Shown in pieces: positions 24,054 to 37,570 of a DNA stretch of 64,000 bases. Within the stretch, counting starts at the first letter, position 1; each line of letters begins with the position of its first letter. The notes under the pieces are model-generated. The model was not told where the DNA came from. It searched no databases and saw only the letters and a program-made list of their open reading frames with translations. This DNA comes from Selaginella moellendorffii (lineage: Eukaryota; Plantae; Lycopodiophyta): assembly GCF_000143415.4 (NCBI RefSeq), contig NW_003314425.1, forward strand, positions 124,001 to 188,000, read 5' to 3'. Both the position numbers and the translations under genes were made by a program.

Positions 24054-24896
24054 ATGCAGCAGAGGTAAGGCGATTCCTTGCTCTCCAATTTACTTCCAAG
24101 TTTTTTGATCTTGCGTTATATCCAGGACGCCTCTTGAATCCGACCTCCACAAAGCCGAGGTGACCATCGAGTTTCTTCGTGCCCGCCTCGTTTCCGAGCG
24201 CTCAATCTGCAAAGTTCTTCGTGGGCAAATAGCGGATCTCGAAGGAAAGGCAAGCCATTGTTTCTCTCAAGAGTCTAGTTTCCGATGAGCTGGGAGATTG
24301 TTCCACAGATATGTCAGCTGGAGAACAGGCTAGAAGGCGAGATTGCTCGGCGAAAAAACGCCGAACTGGCGACGAAAGAGCTCATCCTGGCACTCCAGTA
24401 TCCTGCTCCTCCTGTTGCTCCGTCTCCAACACCGAGAAAACACCATAGCTCGGATCAAAAGCAAAAGCTCGCGACGACGCGATCGCCGAGACCAGCAAAC
24501 GACGATGACAGTGGATGCAACTGCAAGCTGACGACGATCTTCTCGTTTCCACGCTCGAGCAAGCCGTGCGATAGCGGAGCGAGCTCCAGTTCTTCGCGCA
24601 AGGCAGAAGCGTCGCCACCACCACCGCCGCCACCTTTGCGGGAGATAAGTTTGAGGCATGGAATCGGCGAACAGGCAGCGCGGATTTCCCAGTCGGGGAG
24701 GATCATCCGAGCTAGAGAAGATGGCGGCGAGAGTTTGCCGCGGCAGCAATCCAAATCCATGGAGCTGATCCACTATCGATCGGAGGAGCAGCAAATGTGG
24801 ATGGCATCGTCCCATAGCGAGGCGCAATTGTCCCCATCACCATCGCCGCGGCGCGTTGGAAAATCGTGTAGAACGATCCCGAGGAGAGATCTCTAG
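24054..24896 (+). CDS. Plant coiled-coil protein of unknown function (TIEFLRARL..ERS family), 3 exons
   Basis: Exon 2 EVTIEFLRARLVSERS and exon 3 LENRLEGEIARRKNAELATKE, with GT-AG introns. Confidence 0.65.
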
Positions 24897-24994
24897 GGAG
24901 TAACGTTGTCTCTTCCAAGAAGAGAGTTCTTCGTGAAAACGATGTTTTTGAAGAACCCTAGCTCTTCTCTTCTATTCTAGGGTTTAGACGGGCG

Positions 24995-27900
24995 ATGACC
25001 GATTCCATGGAGCGGCGCAAGCTAGGCGCTGCCGATCGCAAGGTACTCAAGGTAGCGGTAGAGGAATTTCCGCTGCGATCGGCAGCGATCCCGCCCTGCT
25101 CCATCACTGCAGCTGCCGTGGCTCAGCACCGCGAGGATTCTTCGGTTCTTGTCTACCTGGGGACAGATTCAGGATATTTGCTTCTCTACTCGTGGAAAAG
25201 ATCGGCCACTGCTGCTCTCCAATCTCCCAGGATCCGTCCGGCCAGGAGCTCTCCCCGGAATTCACAGCCATCGCCGCCGGCTTCTCCTCTCAGGCACTCG
25301 CATTCTCCTTCCCGGGAAGGGATCGACGTAGAGTCGCTCAAGAGCAATGGATCGGCGGCTTCTCCCGAGCGGCAGCGTAGCGATTTGAGGCTCGTGACGC
25401 TCAAGTCTCTGGGACGGGCCGTGGAAGCGGTGTGTGTTCTTGAGATCGTCGGCCAGGCAGCGGTTCTTGTGGATGGCCAGGTACTCCTCGTCGATTTTCT
25501 CTCGTTGGAATCACTGGGGAGCATTCCAGGCTGCAAGGGCGTGACTGCCATAGCTCACGCTATATCTTTCGATGAGACGAGAGTCCCACCATCGCCTCGG
25601 TTGGCGGATGGTGGTGATCGAGCTCATTTGGCAGTGGCTGTGAGGAGCAAAATCCTATTGTTCGAGGTCGTCTCGTGGCGGCAAGAGAAAGAGAACGTAG
25701 CATCACCGGGTGGTCTTCCAGTGACGAAGCTCTCTCTCATGCGAGAACTCTTTGGGATTGAAGGAGCTCACGCTCTTGCCTGGGTGAAGAACTCCATCTT
25801 CATTGGGACGAGCCGCGAGTACATACTCTTCACCTTGCGGGACTCCCGAGCTACGAGGCTGTTTTCGTTTCCGGTGGAGAGCCCCTGGAAGCCTCTGCTC
25901 AAGCCATTTCCAAAGGAGTCACTGGTTCTACTGGTGATGGATATTGCGGGGATCATGGTGAACGAAGAAGGTCTTCCCGTGGGAGGAAGTCTGGTGTTCT
26001 CGGAGATTCCAGACGCCGTTGGACAGAGCTCGCCGTATGCATTGGTCGTCAACAAGGGTGTTGTGGAGCTCTACCATTCTCAAACCGGCTCCAAGGTCCA
26101 GTCGCTGGCCTATGGCTCCGTTCCGGTTGAGCCACCTTGCCTTATAACGGATGATAACGATGGAATCATCGTCATCGCCAATGGTGACAAGGTATGTTAA
26201 CTTGTGATGTCTCTGCTTCTCACTCATCTGGTATATAATCGGCAGGTCTCGTGTTTCACTCGAATTTCGGTGGATGACCAGCTGAAAGATCTTTTAAAGC
26301 AGAAGCAGTACTCGGAGGCTGTGAAGCTGGCGAATGAGGAAGAGGGTGCTAAGTCAAAGCTTGGCATGGTGCATGCTGAGGCCGGGTTCTTGCTTCTTGC
26401 CGACCTCCGTTTCGAAGAAGCCATTGATCACTTCTTGCGGTCGGACATTGTCGAGCCTACGGAATTATTTCCTTTCTTTCCGTCTCTTACTTCTCGCTGG
26501 CGGAATATGGTACTTGTTTCTGGTGAATCTCCGCTGTGGCTAACGTCGTGGCTTTCAGGTCCCTCGAAAGCGCTACTGGGGGCTTCACGCACCTCCTCAG
26601 CCAATACGTACAGTTATCGAAAGTGGTTTATATTCTCTACAAAATGGTCTGCTCACGTCGCCGATTAAGTCGAAGCAGTTCCAGGGCGGTAGCAGAAGTG
26701 GACAATTGATGACACAGTATCAATTGGAAGCTTTTCAGTGTTTCGGGAGGTATCTATGTTTTAAAAAGTTCTATCTTAGACGCATTAACATCTGTCTTCG
26801 AATTTGCTTCATCTAGATACTGGGAGACAACACGGAAAAGAGATTTAAGCTCGACATCAAGAGATGCCGTCGATACGGTCTTAGTGAAGCTTTATATCGA
26901 ACTAGGGGCTACAAAGGAGCTTGAAGCGCTTGTTGCCGCCAGCAATCACTGCCTTTTGGTACGTGTACTCTATGCTCCCTTTTTGTTCAGAGTATGACTG
27001 ACAAAGCAGGAGGAAGTGGAAAGCTTGCTAAGAACCTCTGGGCAATTTCGTGCTTTGGCATTTTTGTACGAAAGTAAGAACATGCTGGACTGTGCGCTCG
27101 AAACGTGGCATTATCTTGCTCAATCAGCCGAGCAGTCAGCCACACTGGAAACAGCTAGGCTGCTAGAGAGATGTTTTGATACTGACTTGGTACTCCGGCA
27201 CGTACTTTGGGTTCGTATCAAGCTTCACTTTCGTCAGCCTGACTTCAACATATAGTACAGGTTATTCGATTGGACGAGAACATGGCATTCCGTATACTCA
27301 CATCGCCTCAAAGGACTAAAGCACTTCCAGCAGGTTGGAAAACCAATTTTTTTCTGAGCTGTTACTTACTTGCTTTTGAAGATGATGTTCTACGAGTACT
27401 TGAAGCGGACAGCACCATGATTCGTCAAAGGTAAAGAAATTGTTTAGATTTTCTTGGTGGACTTCATATGAATATTACGCACCTGTCAGGTACCTACAAT
27501 GGCTTATCGATGACCAGGGCTTTGACGATGCGCATATTCATACTGAACTGGCACTGTCTCTTTCTCACTCAGTACTTCAAGCTGACGAGGGACCGGATTC
27601 CAGAGCTGCTTTACAGTCGTTTCTTGAGAGTTCGAGTAAGTATGATGTTGGTGCTGTGCTCGACTTGATAAGAGGAACAAATCTCTGGAGGGAACAGGTA
27701 ATAACACATTACATGGATCTTAACAGCAGGACTGACCCCTGAGGCCCCAGGCAATTTTGCATAGGAAACAGGGAAATGAGAAACTCGCACTGGAAATCCT
27801 GGCTTTGTAAGTCTTTGATTGCCGAGAGTTGATGGTAACCGTTTTTATTTGTTTCAGGAAACTCCAGGATAGCGATGCTGCAGAAAACTACTGTGCAGAG

Positions 27901-28556
27901 CTGGGCCGCCCCGACGCATACATGCAGTTACGTAATTCAGTCCCATGTTTTCCTTGGTGGCTTATCCTTGTCAATTCCTGCAGGCTGCTCCAGACTTATC
28001 TTGGAAACGAAGGAAATAACGTAAAACATGCTGTTCGGCTACTTGATCGGCATGGTCCCCAGCTCGACCCGATAGAAGTTTTGGATGTAAGGATGCCCAT
28101 CTATTTTTCTTATCCATCCTTGTTCTAAAAACAATGCGTTCCAGGCTTTGCCACCTGACATGCCACTTCACTTGGCATCTCAGGCGCTCGTGAGAACGCT
28201 ACGAGCTCGCATTCATCTCCATCGCCAGGGCCAGGTACGCGATCAATCGTGTTTCTCGTCTGGTTCTCATGGGCTCTGCTGCCATCACTCTAGATCGAAA
28301 AGCACTTGACTCGAGGCATCAACTTCCAGACCAGGATGAAAAAACTCGAGGAAAGATCTCGGGAGATTCAAGTCACTGGCGAGAGTGTCTGCAGCTCGTG
28401 CAACGCACGGATTGGAACAAAACTCTTCGCAGTTTTTCCAAATGAATCAATCGCTTGCTACAAGGTAAGCTCCACTTTCTTTCTAGTTCTAGGCGAGAAA
28501 TCTCTTGATCTTCTCTTTCGCAGTGCTTGAGACTACACGAACAAAACACGCAGTAA
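24995..28556 (+). CDS. VPS3: CORVET subunit VPS3/TGFBRAP1-like (CNH domain, alpha-solenoid, C-terminal Zn finger)
   Basis: Long CNH-like first exon, QLKDLLKQKQYSEA, AEAGFLLLADLRFEEA, PRKRYWG, AENYCAELGRPDAY, CSSCNARIGTKLFAVFPN..CYKC. Confidence 0.85.
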
Positions 28557-28661
28557 ATTTTGCCACTAGGTAGTAACTACACTAAAATTTTTGTCAATAA
28601 TCTTACTGCCACGCGTCGCAATCGCAGCCAAGGATTTCTCAGAGAAATATCTTCGTTGCGC

Positions 28662-28676
28662 TAGGGTTTAGGGTTT
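28662..28676. promoter_or_regulatory. Telo-box-like (AAACCCTA)2 element just upstream of the methyltransferase
   Basis: tagggtttagggttt in the short intergenic gap. Confidence 0.45.
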
Positions 28677-28692
28677 ACTACGGGCGGGAAGA

Positions 28693-29999
28693 ATGCATCG
28701 CGTAGCGCTGCATCCGGGCGCTACGACGATCACCCCCGCATTTGGGGGGCTCAAATTCAATCGCAAGTGCTCGCTCATTCGGGCAGTCGGTAAGAATCCT
28801 TCTACTTCGTGTGATTTTGCATCGGCCTCGTTGTTTCCTTGCAGCTGGAAATGGTCCGTCGAGGGGCTTCTCTTCCGCTACGAGGAAGCAGCGAGAGGAC
28901 ACGAGGTATGGCGAAGAGGAGTATTGGAACAAACGCTACGCAGAGGAGGCGTTCATGACATTCGATTGGTATCAACGCTATGCTGATCTCCAACCAATTT
29001 TGAAGAAGCATATACCAAAATCTGCCCGGGTTTTGATGGCTGGGTGTGGCAATGCGGGTGAGCTCTCTTCTAAACCTTTGTTTTTCCTTGGTTTCTCAAG
29101 AACTTGTGTAGCTCGAGAACTAAAAAATCTCTCTTTTCGCAGTTATGTCCGAGGATATGGTGAGCGATGGCTATCAAAACATTGTCAACGTAGATTACTC
29201 GTCCGTCTTGATCAACGCCTTGCAGTTTAAGTACAAACACATGCCTCAACTTTCATGTACGATCACGCCTTCTTTGTTTTATATCTTCGGAGTTTCTTTT
29301 TCCTTTTCAGATAAAACCATGGACGTTCGGAACATGGCCGAATTCAAAGACAATACTTTCGATGCTGCAATTGACAAAGGTAAAAGAGACGCTTGTACTC
29401 TCTTCCTTGCACTATCTTGCAGAATATCACCGTGGCTTTTACAGGTCTGGTAGATGCGATGGTTGTAAGTATCTCGCAATCTTTTTCTTTACTCTCTGGA
29501 TTCAGTATCTTTTGCTCAGTGTGCGACTAACGGTGCGGGAGACGTAACCCAGATGCTGCGAGAGATGTACAGGTACGCTTTTCCTCTCCATTATCTACTG
29601 ACATGCCTTCACTCATCCGTTACCTCCAGGGTCATAAAACCGGGTGGCAATTTTGTCATGGTAAGGAAAACAAAGACCATATTTTTGCTGCCAGGAGCTA
29701 ACCTTTCGGTTCCTCTCATCCATTCCAGGTTACGTATGGCTTCCCCCTCATCAGAGTGCCCGCTTTGATGGACCGGGGCATGAGTTGGATCACAAACTGC
29801 TGGATTCTGCGTAAGAAATCTACGTTTTGGTTATGGAATAACTCTCTCGCACCGTGTTCCAGCTAAACCGTACTCCGGGAGCGAGCTCTCCGAATACCCG
29901 AGCCCCATCCCCATGGAAGTCCCAAACTTTATCAACACAAAGCAAGAGCATTACGCGACTGGCACCAATTTTGTCTACGTTGCCACCAAGCGCTCATAG
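28693..29999 (+). CDS. SAM-dependent methyltransferase (EEF1AKMT4/METTL13-like), multi-exon, possible organellar transit peptide
   Basis: YWNKRY, TFDWYQRY, VLMAGCGNA, IVNVDYS, MDVR, FDAAIDKG, YRVIKPGG. Confidence 0.85.
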
Positions 30000-30695
30000 G
30001 CGAGCTAAGTGCGCACACATCTAGAGGTCGGTCGGCGCGGTACTCTGGTTTCTCTTTTATAGCTTTCTCTTCGTCGTCGTTCGTGGATCGTATCCTTCCC
30101 GCTGGAATCTCGTCAATCGTTCTAAAAGCAGCAAAGCACGCTCGAGGGACAAGGGAGGAGCTTTAGACTTTAGACCATGGAAAGCTTGATCGAGTACGAG
30201 CTTAATAGAATCACAAAGCTTTGGCAAGAATGAACCAATGGTTTTTATTACCAATAAGAATATATCGAAGCTATATCCTCTCACCACATGTAGGTTACGT
30301 GTGTGCACTCACACACATGCGCGCTGCATGTCCGGCAGTACAGCCATTAAATAATCTTCGCTGTCCCATCGTCTCCTCTCTCTCGATCTTTTGCTTGTTT
30401 TGTTTTCATCTCACTTGGCTTCCACCACCACCAAAAAAAATCTCCTTCTTTCGCTGGATTCTATCCATCCATACCTCCTGATCTTGGTTTCTCTCCAATC
30501 TCTGGATCCTGATAAACACTTAGAACTCCACCGCAAAAGCAAAACCACACCCGGAAAGTGGAAAGTGAGCGATAACCGAAGAACTGATTTCCCTGACCTC
30601 GCGCACTTAAGAGAAGGGGTTTGAAAGCGAAAGCGATTGACAACTGCATTGCACCCATTCCGCGCTCGTACGCTTCTGCGCATGCTGTCATCTTT

Positions 30696-30701
30696 CTGCT
30701 G

Positions 30702-30736
<35 letters not shown>

Positions 30737-30744
30737 CCTGCTGC
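30696..30744. repeat. (CTG)n microsatellite downstream of the TCP gene
   Basis: Directly visible, with a few interruptions. Confidence 0.9.
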
Positions 30745-31006
30745 TAGGAGTTGCAAACTTGAAAATCGTTGTTAAAACGAAGGCGGCCTGAAGAAAGGAA
30801 TCCACCACGAGCCTGTGTAAGTAATAATATAAAGTATCTAAACAAACAAACCTGTATCGACGAGCGTTGCTTGGCTTGCTTGTTTTCGTCCCTGCGTCGC
30901 ATTGAACTTGGCGTCGTCCCGGCTGATTGGCGGCCAATAATCGGTCATCAAAGCATTCCAGAGCGACCGATGATTTTCAACACTGATGATGAGCCTGATG
31001 GTGTAG

Positions 31007-32773
31007 TTAAGGTGGTCGAGCTCGCGGAATCGAGGACGAGCGGTGGTGACCACCGCCACCTCCGTCATCATCCTTGTTGAGCTCCACGATTTCATCATCA
31101 CCGCCGATTCCATGGATAACTGCCGGAAACTGTTGCTGCGAGCCCGACTGATAGTAAGACGCTGGAGGATGAAACCTGCTACTGCTGCTGCTGGGTTCGC
31201 GCGGACCCGAAACGTTTCTATCTAGTAGACTACCAAAATGATGAGCCTGCTGCGGGGACGCTGGAAACGGCTCAGACTGCAGTGGTGACAAGCTCGTAAA
31301 AGAATGCTGCGGCCTCAGTAATCCTTGAAAGTATGACGATGGTGGTGGCTCTTCGAGAAGTGAGAAAGGCCGAAACTGAGGACTGGATGGCACGAACGGA
31401 TCGGAGGGAAGCGGATTGGACGACAAAATTGGTGCTGCTGCTGCCGCTGATAGCTGAGGTGAGAAGTGACCAGGAGAAGTAACCGGGTTCGAAAAGAAGG
31501 ACAAGTCAAGAGGAGTGGTGGCCAGAGGCAGCGACGCAAAGCCTGGAAAAGCGGGATGGAACTGCCTGCTTGGAACTTGCTCCAGGGACAGTAGCGCCTG
31601 TTGGAAGCCGAGCTGCCCGAGGAATTGGCCTTGGTAAGATTGAGAAGGCGGAGCCAAGTTCTGGAACGGGACGTGAGGATTCTGGAGCAAGCTGGTGAAG
31701 CTTTCAGGGACATTGAGCGCGCTGCTGTCGAACGGTATCATTGGAGCCGAATGTGGCATGCTGCTGGCGATGAACGACTGTGCCTCCGGAGAGTGCGAAG
31801 GGCTGGAAGGATCTCTACCTGTCGTTGTTGTTGTTTTCTCCTTCATCCGCTCCCTGGCCCTCTCCCTGGCCTTCACTCTCGACTCGAGCCTCGCCACGCC
31901 TCCTTTCCCACCATCTCCTCCTTCCTTGGCAGACGGGCTCTCAAGGAAAGGCTCCTGTAGCTTTTGCTCCTCTTGCCGTTCTGGCTCCCTGAAAGAAGAC
32001 GAGCCTGGAGATAGTCCGATGGCTTGCGGATAGAACCGAGGGATGGCTGGTCCTGACTTCACGGACAATGCTGGAGAGAATGCTCCTCCGTGAGCGCCAC
32101 CCGATGCCCTGTCCACGGCTGATGGAACCGGTGGAAGGTCGTCTATCGCTGCCTTGGCCTTCTTCAAAAGCCATTCCACTGCCTTGCTTGGCTGATCGTA
32201 TCCCAGCCTATCTTGCACGTCGTAGAACTGAATCGCTGTCGCCACCGAGAGCCTCACTCTTCTATCCCGAAGCCCCTTGGAAGTCTGGACTTTGCTATGT
32301 CGATCTTTCCCACCTGACGGTCTAACGCTACCACGGGGCCTGTCTACCTCTACCTCTACGGAGTGAGCACTTCCGGGCTTGGGGGAGTCGACTACTACCT
32401 TGGCGCGAACTTTCCTCTCTCCGGTAACATTCTTCTTGAACGTATCACCCACACCTGCGCTCTCGGAGCTGAAATCCATGGCGGCTCCAGATCCCAAGGC
32501 TCCTCCACTCTCGGGCTTCCGGAACGAGCCATCATCAAAGCTTGTCGACTCGCTGTCGGTTCGTCCTCCTCCCTCAGCATCCGCTGCTCCCTCCCTATCC
32601 CTTTTCCTGCGATCCATGCCGCTTTTCTCCGTCCCCCTTTCGATGAATTTTCCATAGTCCAACGATTCGTGACGTTTCCCCTGGAGGAAATCTTTGGAAT
32701 TTGGTGTCAGCTTCTGCCGACATGTGGAGCCAGCATTCCAGTGTGAGCATACTGGTGGTCGTGATTCAAACAA
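31007..32773 (-). CDS. Class II CIN-type TCP transcription factor with R domain (start may be ATG 32617)
   Basis: [49 protein letters not shown]; R domain [13 protein letters not shown]. Confidence 0.93.
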   Translation of the reverse strand: MFESRPPVCSHWNAGSTCRQKLTPNSKDFLQGKRHESLDYGKFIERGTEKSGMDRRKRDREGAADAEGGGRTDSESTSFDDGSFRKPESGGALGSGAAMDFSSESAGVGDTFKKNVTGERKVRAKVVVDSPKPGSAHSVEVEVDRPRGSVRPSGGKDRHSKVQTSKGLRDRRVRLSVATAIQFYDVQDRLGYDQPSKAVEWLLKKAKAAIDDLPPVPSAVDRASGGAHGGAFSPALSVKSGPAIPRFYPQAIGLSPGSSSFREPERQEEQKLQEPFLESPSAKEGGDGGKGGVARLESRVKARERARERMKEKTTTTTGRDPSSPSHSPEAQSFIASSMPHSAPMIPFDSSALNVPESFTSLLQNPHVPFQNLAPPSQSYQGQFLGQLGFQQALLSLEQVPSRQFHPAFPGFASLPLATTPLDLSFFSNPVTSPGHFSPQLSAAAAAPILSSNPLPSDPFVPSSPQFRPFSLLEEPPPSSYFQGLLRPQHSFTSLSPLQSEPFPASPQQAHHFGSLLDRNVSGPREPSSSSSRFHPPASYYQSGSQQQFPAVIHGIGGDDEIVELNKDDDGGGGGHHRSSSIPRARPP

Positions 32774-35625
32774 CGAGAATTGTGACAGCCTCTTCGCCCA
32801 TCGCTTGCAACCATTCTCGAGCTCACATTCCTTCAGGAGACTTTTAGCTGATCATCTGCAATGTAAAAACTATAAGACTCCAGAACTTGTGCTTAAGAAA
32901 AAAGCATCACTTTACCACCGAGATGGCAAACAGGGACGACCAGCAGCAGTGATCACAGCCGGAGAGGAATCATGAGCACCAATTTGCTTGCTTGTCAAGT
33001 CAGGCATAGCATACCGGTCCTAGCATGTCGGACTTGTGTGTTGTTAGAATATAAGTGGGCGTCGAGTACCGCAAAAGAGAAAAGCAAGTGAGGAGGAAAA
33101 AGAAACGAAGAAAAGAACAGCAAGAGAGACAGACCTTGTTGCACTTGCGAGAATCGGGAAAGCAGTGAGTAGCCAGACGAGCGATCTGTCACGACGATGT
33201 CTCTCGGTGAAGAAGAACACACTGTCCGATGAAAAACATGATCAGGCCAGTGTACTGCTGGTGCGATGAGAGCCATTTTGTCTGATAAGCGAAACAAATC
33301 CTCCCAGCTCCAGTCCCAATCCTCCCAGTCCCAGTCGTGTTCCACCCAGTAGCTCCATCCAAAAACGAAGTCCCATTAACTATGCCTGCCACTACTGCCC
33401 GCCCTGACCCCTTTGGACTCGAGTGAAAGGGATGCGCTAACCAGAGCGCTGCTCGCCAGAGCCACCAGAGAGTTGCGACAGCGAAATCTCTTTTCTCCCG
33501 CAATGAATTGGCTGATGGAGAGGCTTGCCGCCGCACAATAACGGAGCTGGAAAGGGCCAATCTAAATGCTGGCGGCGCCGCGGCAGCGAGAGGCTGTGGG
33601 AAGGAATCTTGGCCAAAACCAGGCGCTGCAGCGATCGCTTTTCGAAGCCGCGCTATGGAAATCCTGGAAATCTTGGCATACGCTCCGATCAGCCTTTCTG
33701 TCCCTGGAGAAACCGCGAGATCGGTTGATCGCGTGTGCGCTCAAGGATAGCACGAGAATGGCGAACTTACATCGCGTCCGTGGGGTGTGATTGGCGCAGT
33801 TATGGCGAAATCTCCAGAATGCTGGCTCGCCGTCGGCCAAGAACCCTAGGAGCAAGGAAGAAGAAAGCTTGCCATAAACCCCACGGGCGAGGCCTCACGC
33901 GTGAAGGGCGCCAGTTCAAACGCTGGCCTGGCCCTTCACGCGTGATGGGCGTACACGTGTCAGCAATCTGGACACTAATGCGCGAGGCACGAATCTAGCG
34001 TTATAGGAAACCTTGATTTTATAGGCTTTGACCATCAATGTACATGGTTTAGCAAGCGAAGTTTTTTTTTAATCATACAAACTCCATCGTGACGATTAAA
34101 AAATCTATAGAATCGTCAACTTGACACAATTTCGCCTGTGGGTATAATCAAAGGAAAGCTTTGTTTTAGCCTGGAAGTGAGTGATCAAAGACTTTGGATA
34201 TAGCACGTAAACGGAGGCGTTGTTTTCATGGACAGTGTCTTCCAAGCCGCAACTCTGAGAAAGATGTGAAGCAAGAAGATCGATCGCTCACCTCGTGTGA
34301 TCATGCCATAGAAACATCGTCGACGACCTGGAAAAACCATCCCTCTCTCGCCAAGAGCGACATGCCCACGCAAAGTGGTCCTTGTTTCTAGCGTGAGTGA
34401 CCAGACTTTCCGGCTTAGAGGCTCTAACAGCGCGCATTTTTCCTGCGCAAGAGAGAAAAAACACTTCCGAGAGATTCGATGCACAAAACTAGAGGGAAAA
34501 AGGAAACGAAAGCACTGACTCACCGCGTGCGTGTGCTGAGGAGTTTGTCGCGAATCACGAATCTGGAACTTCCTTCCAGGCAAAATGAGATTAACAGCGT
34601 CACAGTTGCGTTGCGTGCCAAGTCAGGACGAAGAACGCGTACCCCTTTTCCTTGGACGGGCCATCCACACGAACGAATCCAAAACAAAAAAACGCAGATC
34701 TCAATGCTGCTGATGCCGATGCTGAGGCTCCTGCAACACTCACGTTCGCAAAGTATTAGCATAAAACTCGGCTTAGAAAGCAAAAAACAAAAGCAAACTC
34801 TAACTTACGTCTTCGGGGTGTCACAACCAAACTTTCTGCTGTAACTCCTCAGCTCTCCTGTAAAAGTAGGCCCATCGTCATAGCACAGGTTGGTGATGCT
34901 TCATCATCATCACAAGCGACCAAATTTTCCTCCATATCTTTCTCTTCGTTTTTTTTTCTTTTTTTCTCTGCTCGTTTTTCGGCTGCCACGGACGGGGCTG
35001 ACCGAGTCGTCCGTGTCTCAAGCTCCGAAACACTGGTGGCATTGCAACCAACTTGACTCCATAGTGACACCCATGATGCAGCACCAACACCAGCCAGCAG
35101 CTTGAAAGAGATCGACTGACAACGTTGCTGCTGTAAGAGCTGCCTGGCTGCCACTGCTCTTCCCAAGTACCGGTTATAAAGAAAAAATTTCTCGCCCAAT
35201 TGCTGTTCTTCTTTTCTTCCCGTCCTCTCACGTGACATCCACGGCTTTAAACCTTTTGTCCTCTTTCCCCCCTGATGCCTCCCACAAACTTACTGATCAA
35301 GAAAAAGCGGTGTATTTCCAGCTGATTGCGACGCATCAACTCCAAGCGGATTCACAGATCTTCCGAGGCGTCATCTGCGCTTGCAAAGGAAATATCCCGT
35401 CCCTGAAAGCTTGACTCGCTTCCTACGTGTCAGTGTCACAGTTGCTGTTGTTGCTGATGCCACCGTTTCGAGAAACAAAGGGGCGTCGGCAACACGATGG
35501 CAAATTAAAAGCTTCTTTCCATTGACTACAAAGCCTGAGGAAACAAGGGAAGAACTCCTGCATCAGTCCATCATTAACTCCCGATCGATGAGAAGAAGTT
35601 TAAACAACGGAGAACCTTTGCGTTT

Positions 35626-36026
35626 TTAACTCTCGCGCCGCTTGTCGGTTTTCTCTCCTCCGCTGGTGGCTTCGATGGAAGAAGATGATGGCTCCGTCGG
35701 CGCGGTAGCTTTATGGCCGGGGTTCGTGATCATGACGAAGTCAAGAAGCTGCGGCTCTTTCTCGGTCTTCAAGGTAGATGGCATTCCGGAAAGTTCCTGA
35801 ACTAAAGAATGATAAACAAGAAACAGTGAAAGAATTAATTACCTTGAGAAGATGGATCCTAAGCTGGCTCGGAGAAACGCTTTCTCCAATACAAGTCATG
35901 ACGAATGGAGAGTAATGCATCAAGGCGTGAGCTGCCGCCAATTTCTTCTCTTCTACCTGGAAATTCGCGTTGGAATTAGAAATGATCGCGCCCACATCGC
36001 CATATTCTCACCTCGTAGCTCTCCAT
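35626..36026 (-). CDS. Small conserved plant protein of unknown function, 3 exons
   Basis: Spliced MESYE/VEEKKLAAAHALMHYSPFVMTCIGESVSPSQLRIHLLK/ELSGMPSTLK...RES* using canonical GT-AG introns. Confidence 0.7.
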
Positions 36027-36101
36027 ACACACTAGCCCTAGAGGAAAGCAAAGGCTTCACCGACTTGATAGAATAAAATAAAACAGCTCACCCGCAAACT
36101 T

Positions 36102-37401
36102 TCACTTGGGAGCCTCTTGAATTGGTTTGATCCCCACGCTGCTGAGACGCAGCTGTTTTGACGTACGCCTGAAAGGTTCATGAAATGCATCATGGAGTCG
36201 CTTCACCTGCATAGCATTAAGAGAAAACGTTTCAATACGAATTTCCATTGAAACCTTCGTACCTTCCGCTCGCCGATACCAGGACAGCGTGCTAAATCTT
36301 CCATGGAAGCGCTCATCACTGATGCCATGCTCTAAAGCAAGAGAAGTAGAAATCGTAAGAACGAACTTTTACATCAAAGTAAAAGCACGGCAAGCAAGAG
36401 ATTTCTGCTTACCCCAAATGTTGAACCGAGTGTAACAACATCCGTCTTATTGATATGCCTCACGCTCGTCAATGCACTCGTGAGCTGCCAAACGATTAGC
36501 ATTTGTTTACGCAAAACCATCTCCAAGTAAGCTTACTCGGGACAAGTAGTCTTGGTCAGTCCTTTCTTGGATGTTATCGGCTGGCTTGTTTTCGTACATC
36601 TTTATAGTTTCCAGGTAGCGAGCGCATTCTTCCAAGCTGCAACGAACGTTACAACATACGATCAGAAAATACTACAGCAGTTTTGAAGCAAAGTACCTCC
36701 AAGCACAGAGCAGACTACAGTCATGGAGCAAAGCCGTCTTTGTCACTTCGTGCAATGGCTTAATGACATCCTCCTGAATAGTTCGAGAAGAAGAAAGCGT
36801 TATAGAGCCGAGCTATGAAAGAAAAATGTGGAGATATCACTTACCACATCCACATAGCACAACACGACTCGCAATCTAAAGTTTTTCTGCAGCTCGCGAA
36901 TTCTAAAGTAGAGGTAATCCGGGTGAAGAAGATGGTAGCGGATGCTACACACAAAGGACGCAGAAGTTTAGAACATCTTTCCAAATGCTTGAGAAGTTTC
37001 GCTACCTGAGATACAAGGCACAGGAGCTCTGGCCAAGGACATAATCGGGAACAATGTCGTCAAACGTCCACCTCACATTGCGAATAAACTTGAGCACCGG
37101 ATTTCCTTGCTGACAAAAAAAAAAGATGAATCACTCATTCTTTCGGAGCTTGGAGAAATCTCACTGACCTGACGCCGGCTCACAAGAATCGCATTTCGCG
37201 ATTGCGAATTAGAAGCCCCGCTTGCTGCTCCTGCTGGCGCCGATCTGCGAAACAACGATCAATCGCAAAATCCTCGCAATGGTAGCTCCAATCCAAAACA
37301 AACCCTGAAGGAGGAGGCACTGGAGCGGAGTAGAACGCGCCTTGCCTCACGAAAGAGAATGCATCCCCAAAGGACTGTTGCCGTGGAGCTTCTCCCTCCA
37401 T
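36102..37401 (-). CDS. ERCC1: DNA excision repair protein ERCC1, multi-exon
   Basis: [10 protein letters not shown] / [77 protein letters not shown]. Confidence 0.92.
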
Positions 37402-37570
37402 AGCCCAAAACCTCCAGCCCTAAATAAAAGCCCTAATTTCTACCGTACAAGGAGGGAAATGTACGGCAAATCTTTGTTTCAAAGCATTCTCGGCTATGGC
37501 GGATGGAGGGAGGAGGCGAAATCCCCCGGAGAGGTGATCCTCGAGGTAGGGATTAGCGCACCCTGGCACC

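Noticed and set aside
32995-35600. Short ORFs upstream of the TCP gene (for example MEHDWDWEDW...)
   Set aside because: Low-complexity, no coherent exon chain; more likely promoter or 5' UTR.
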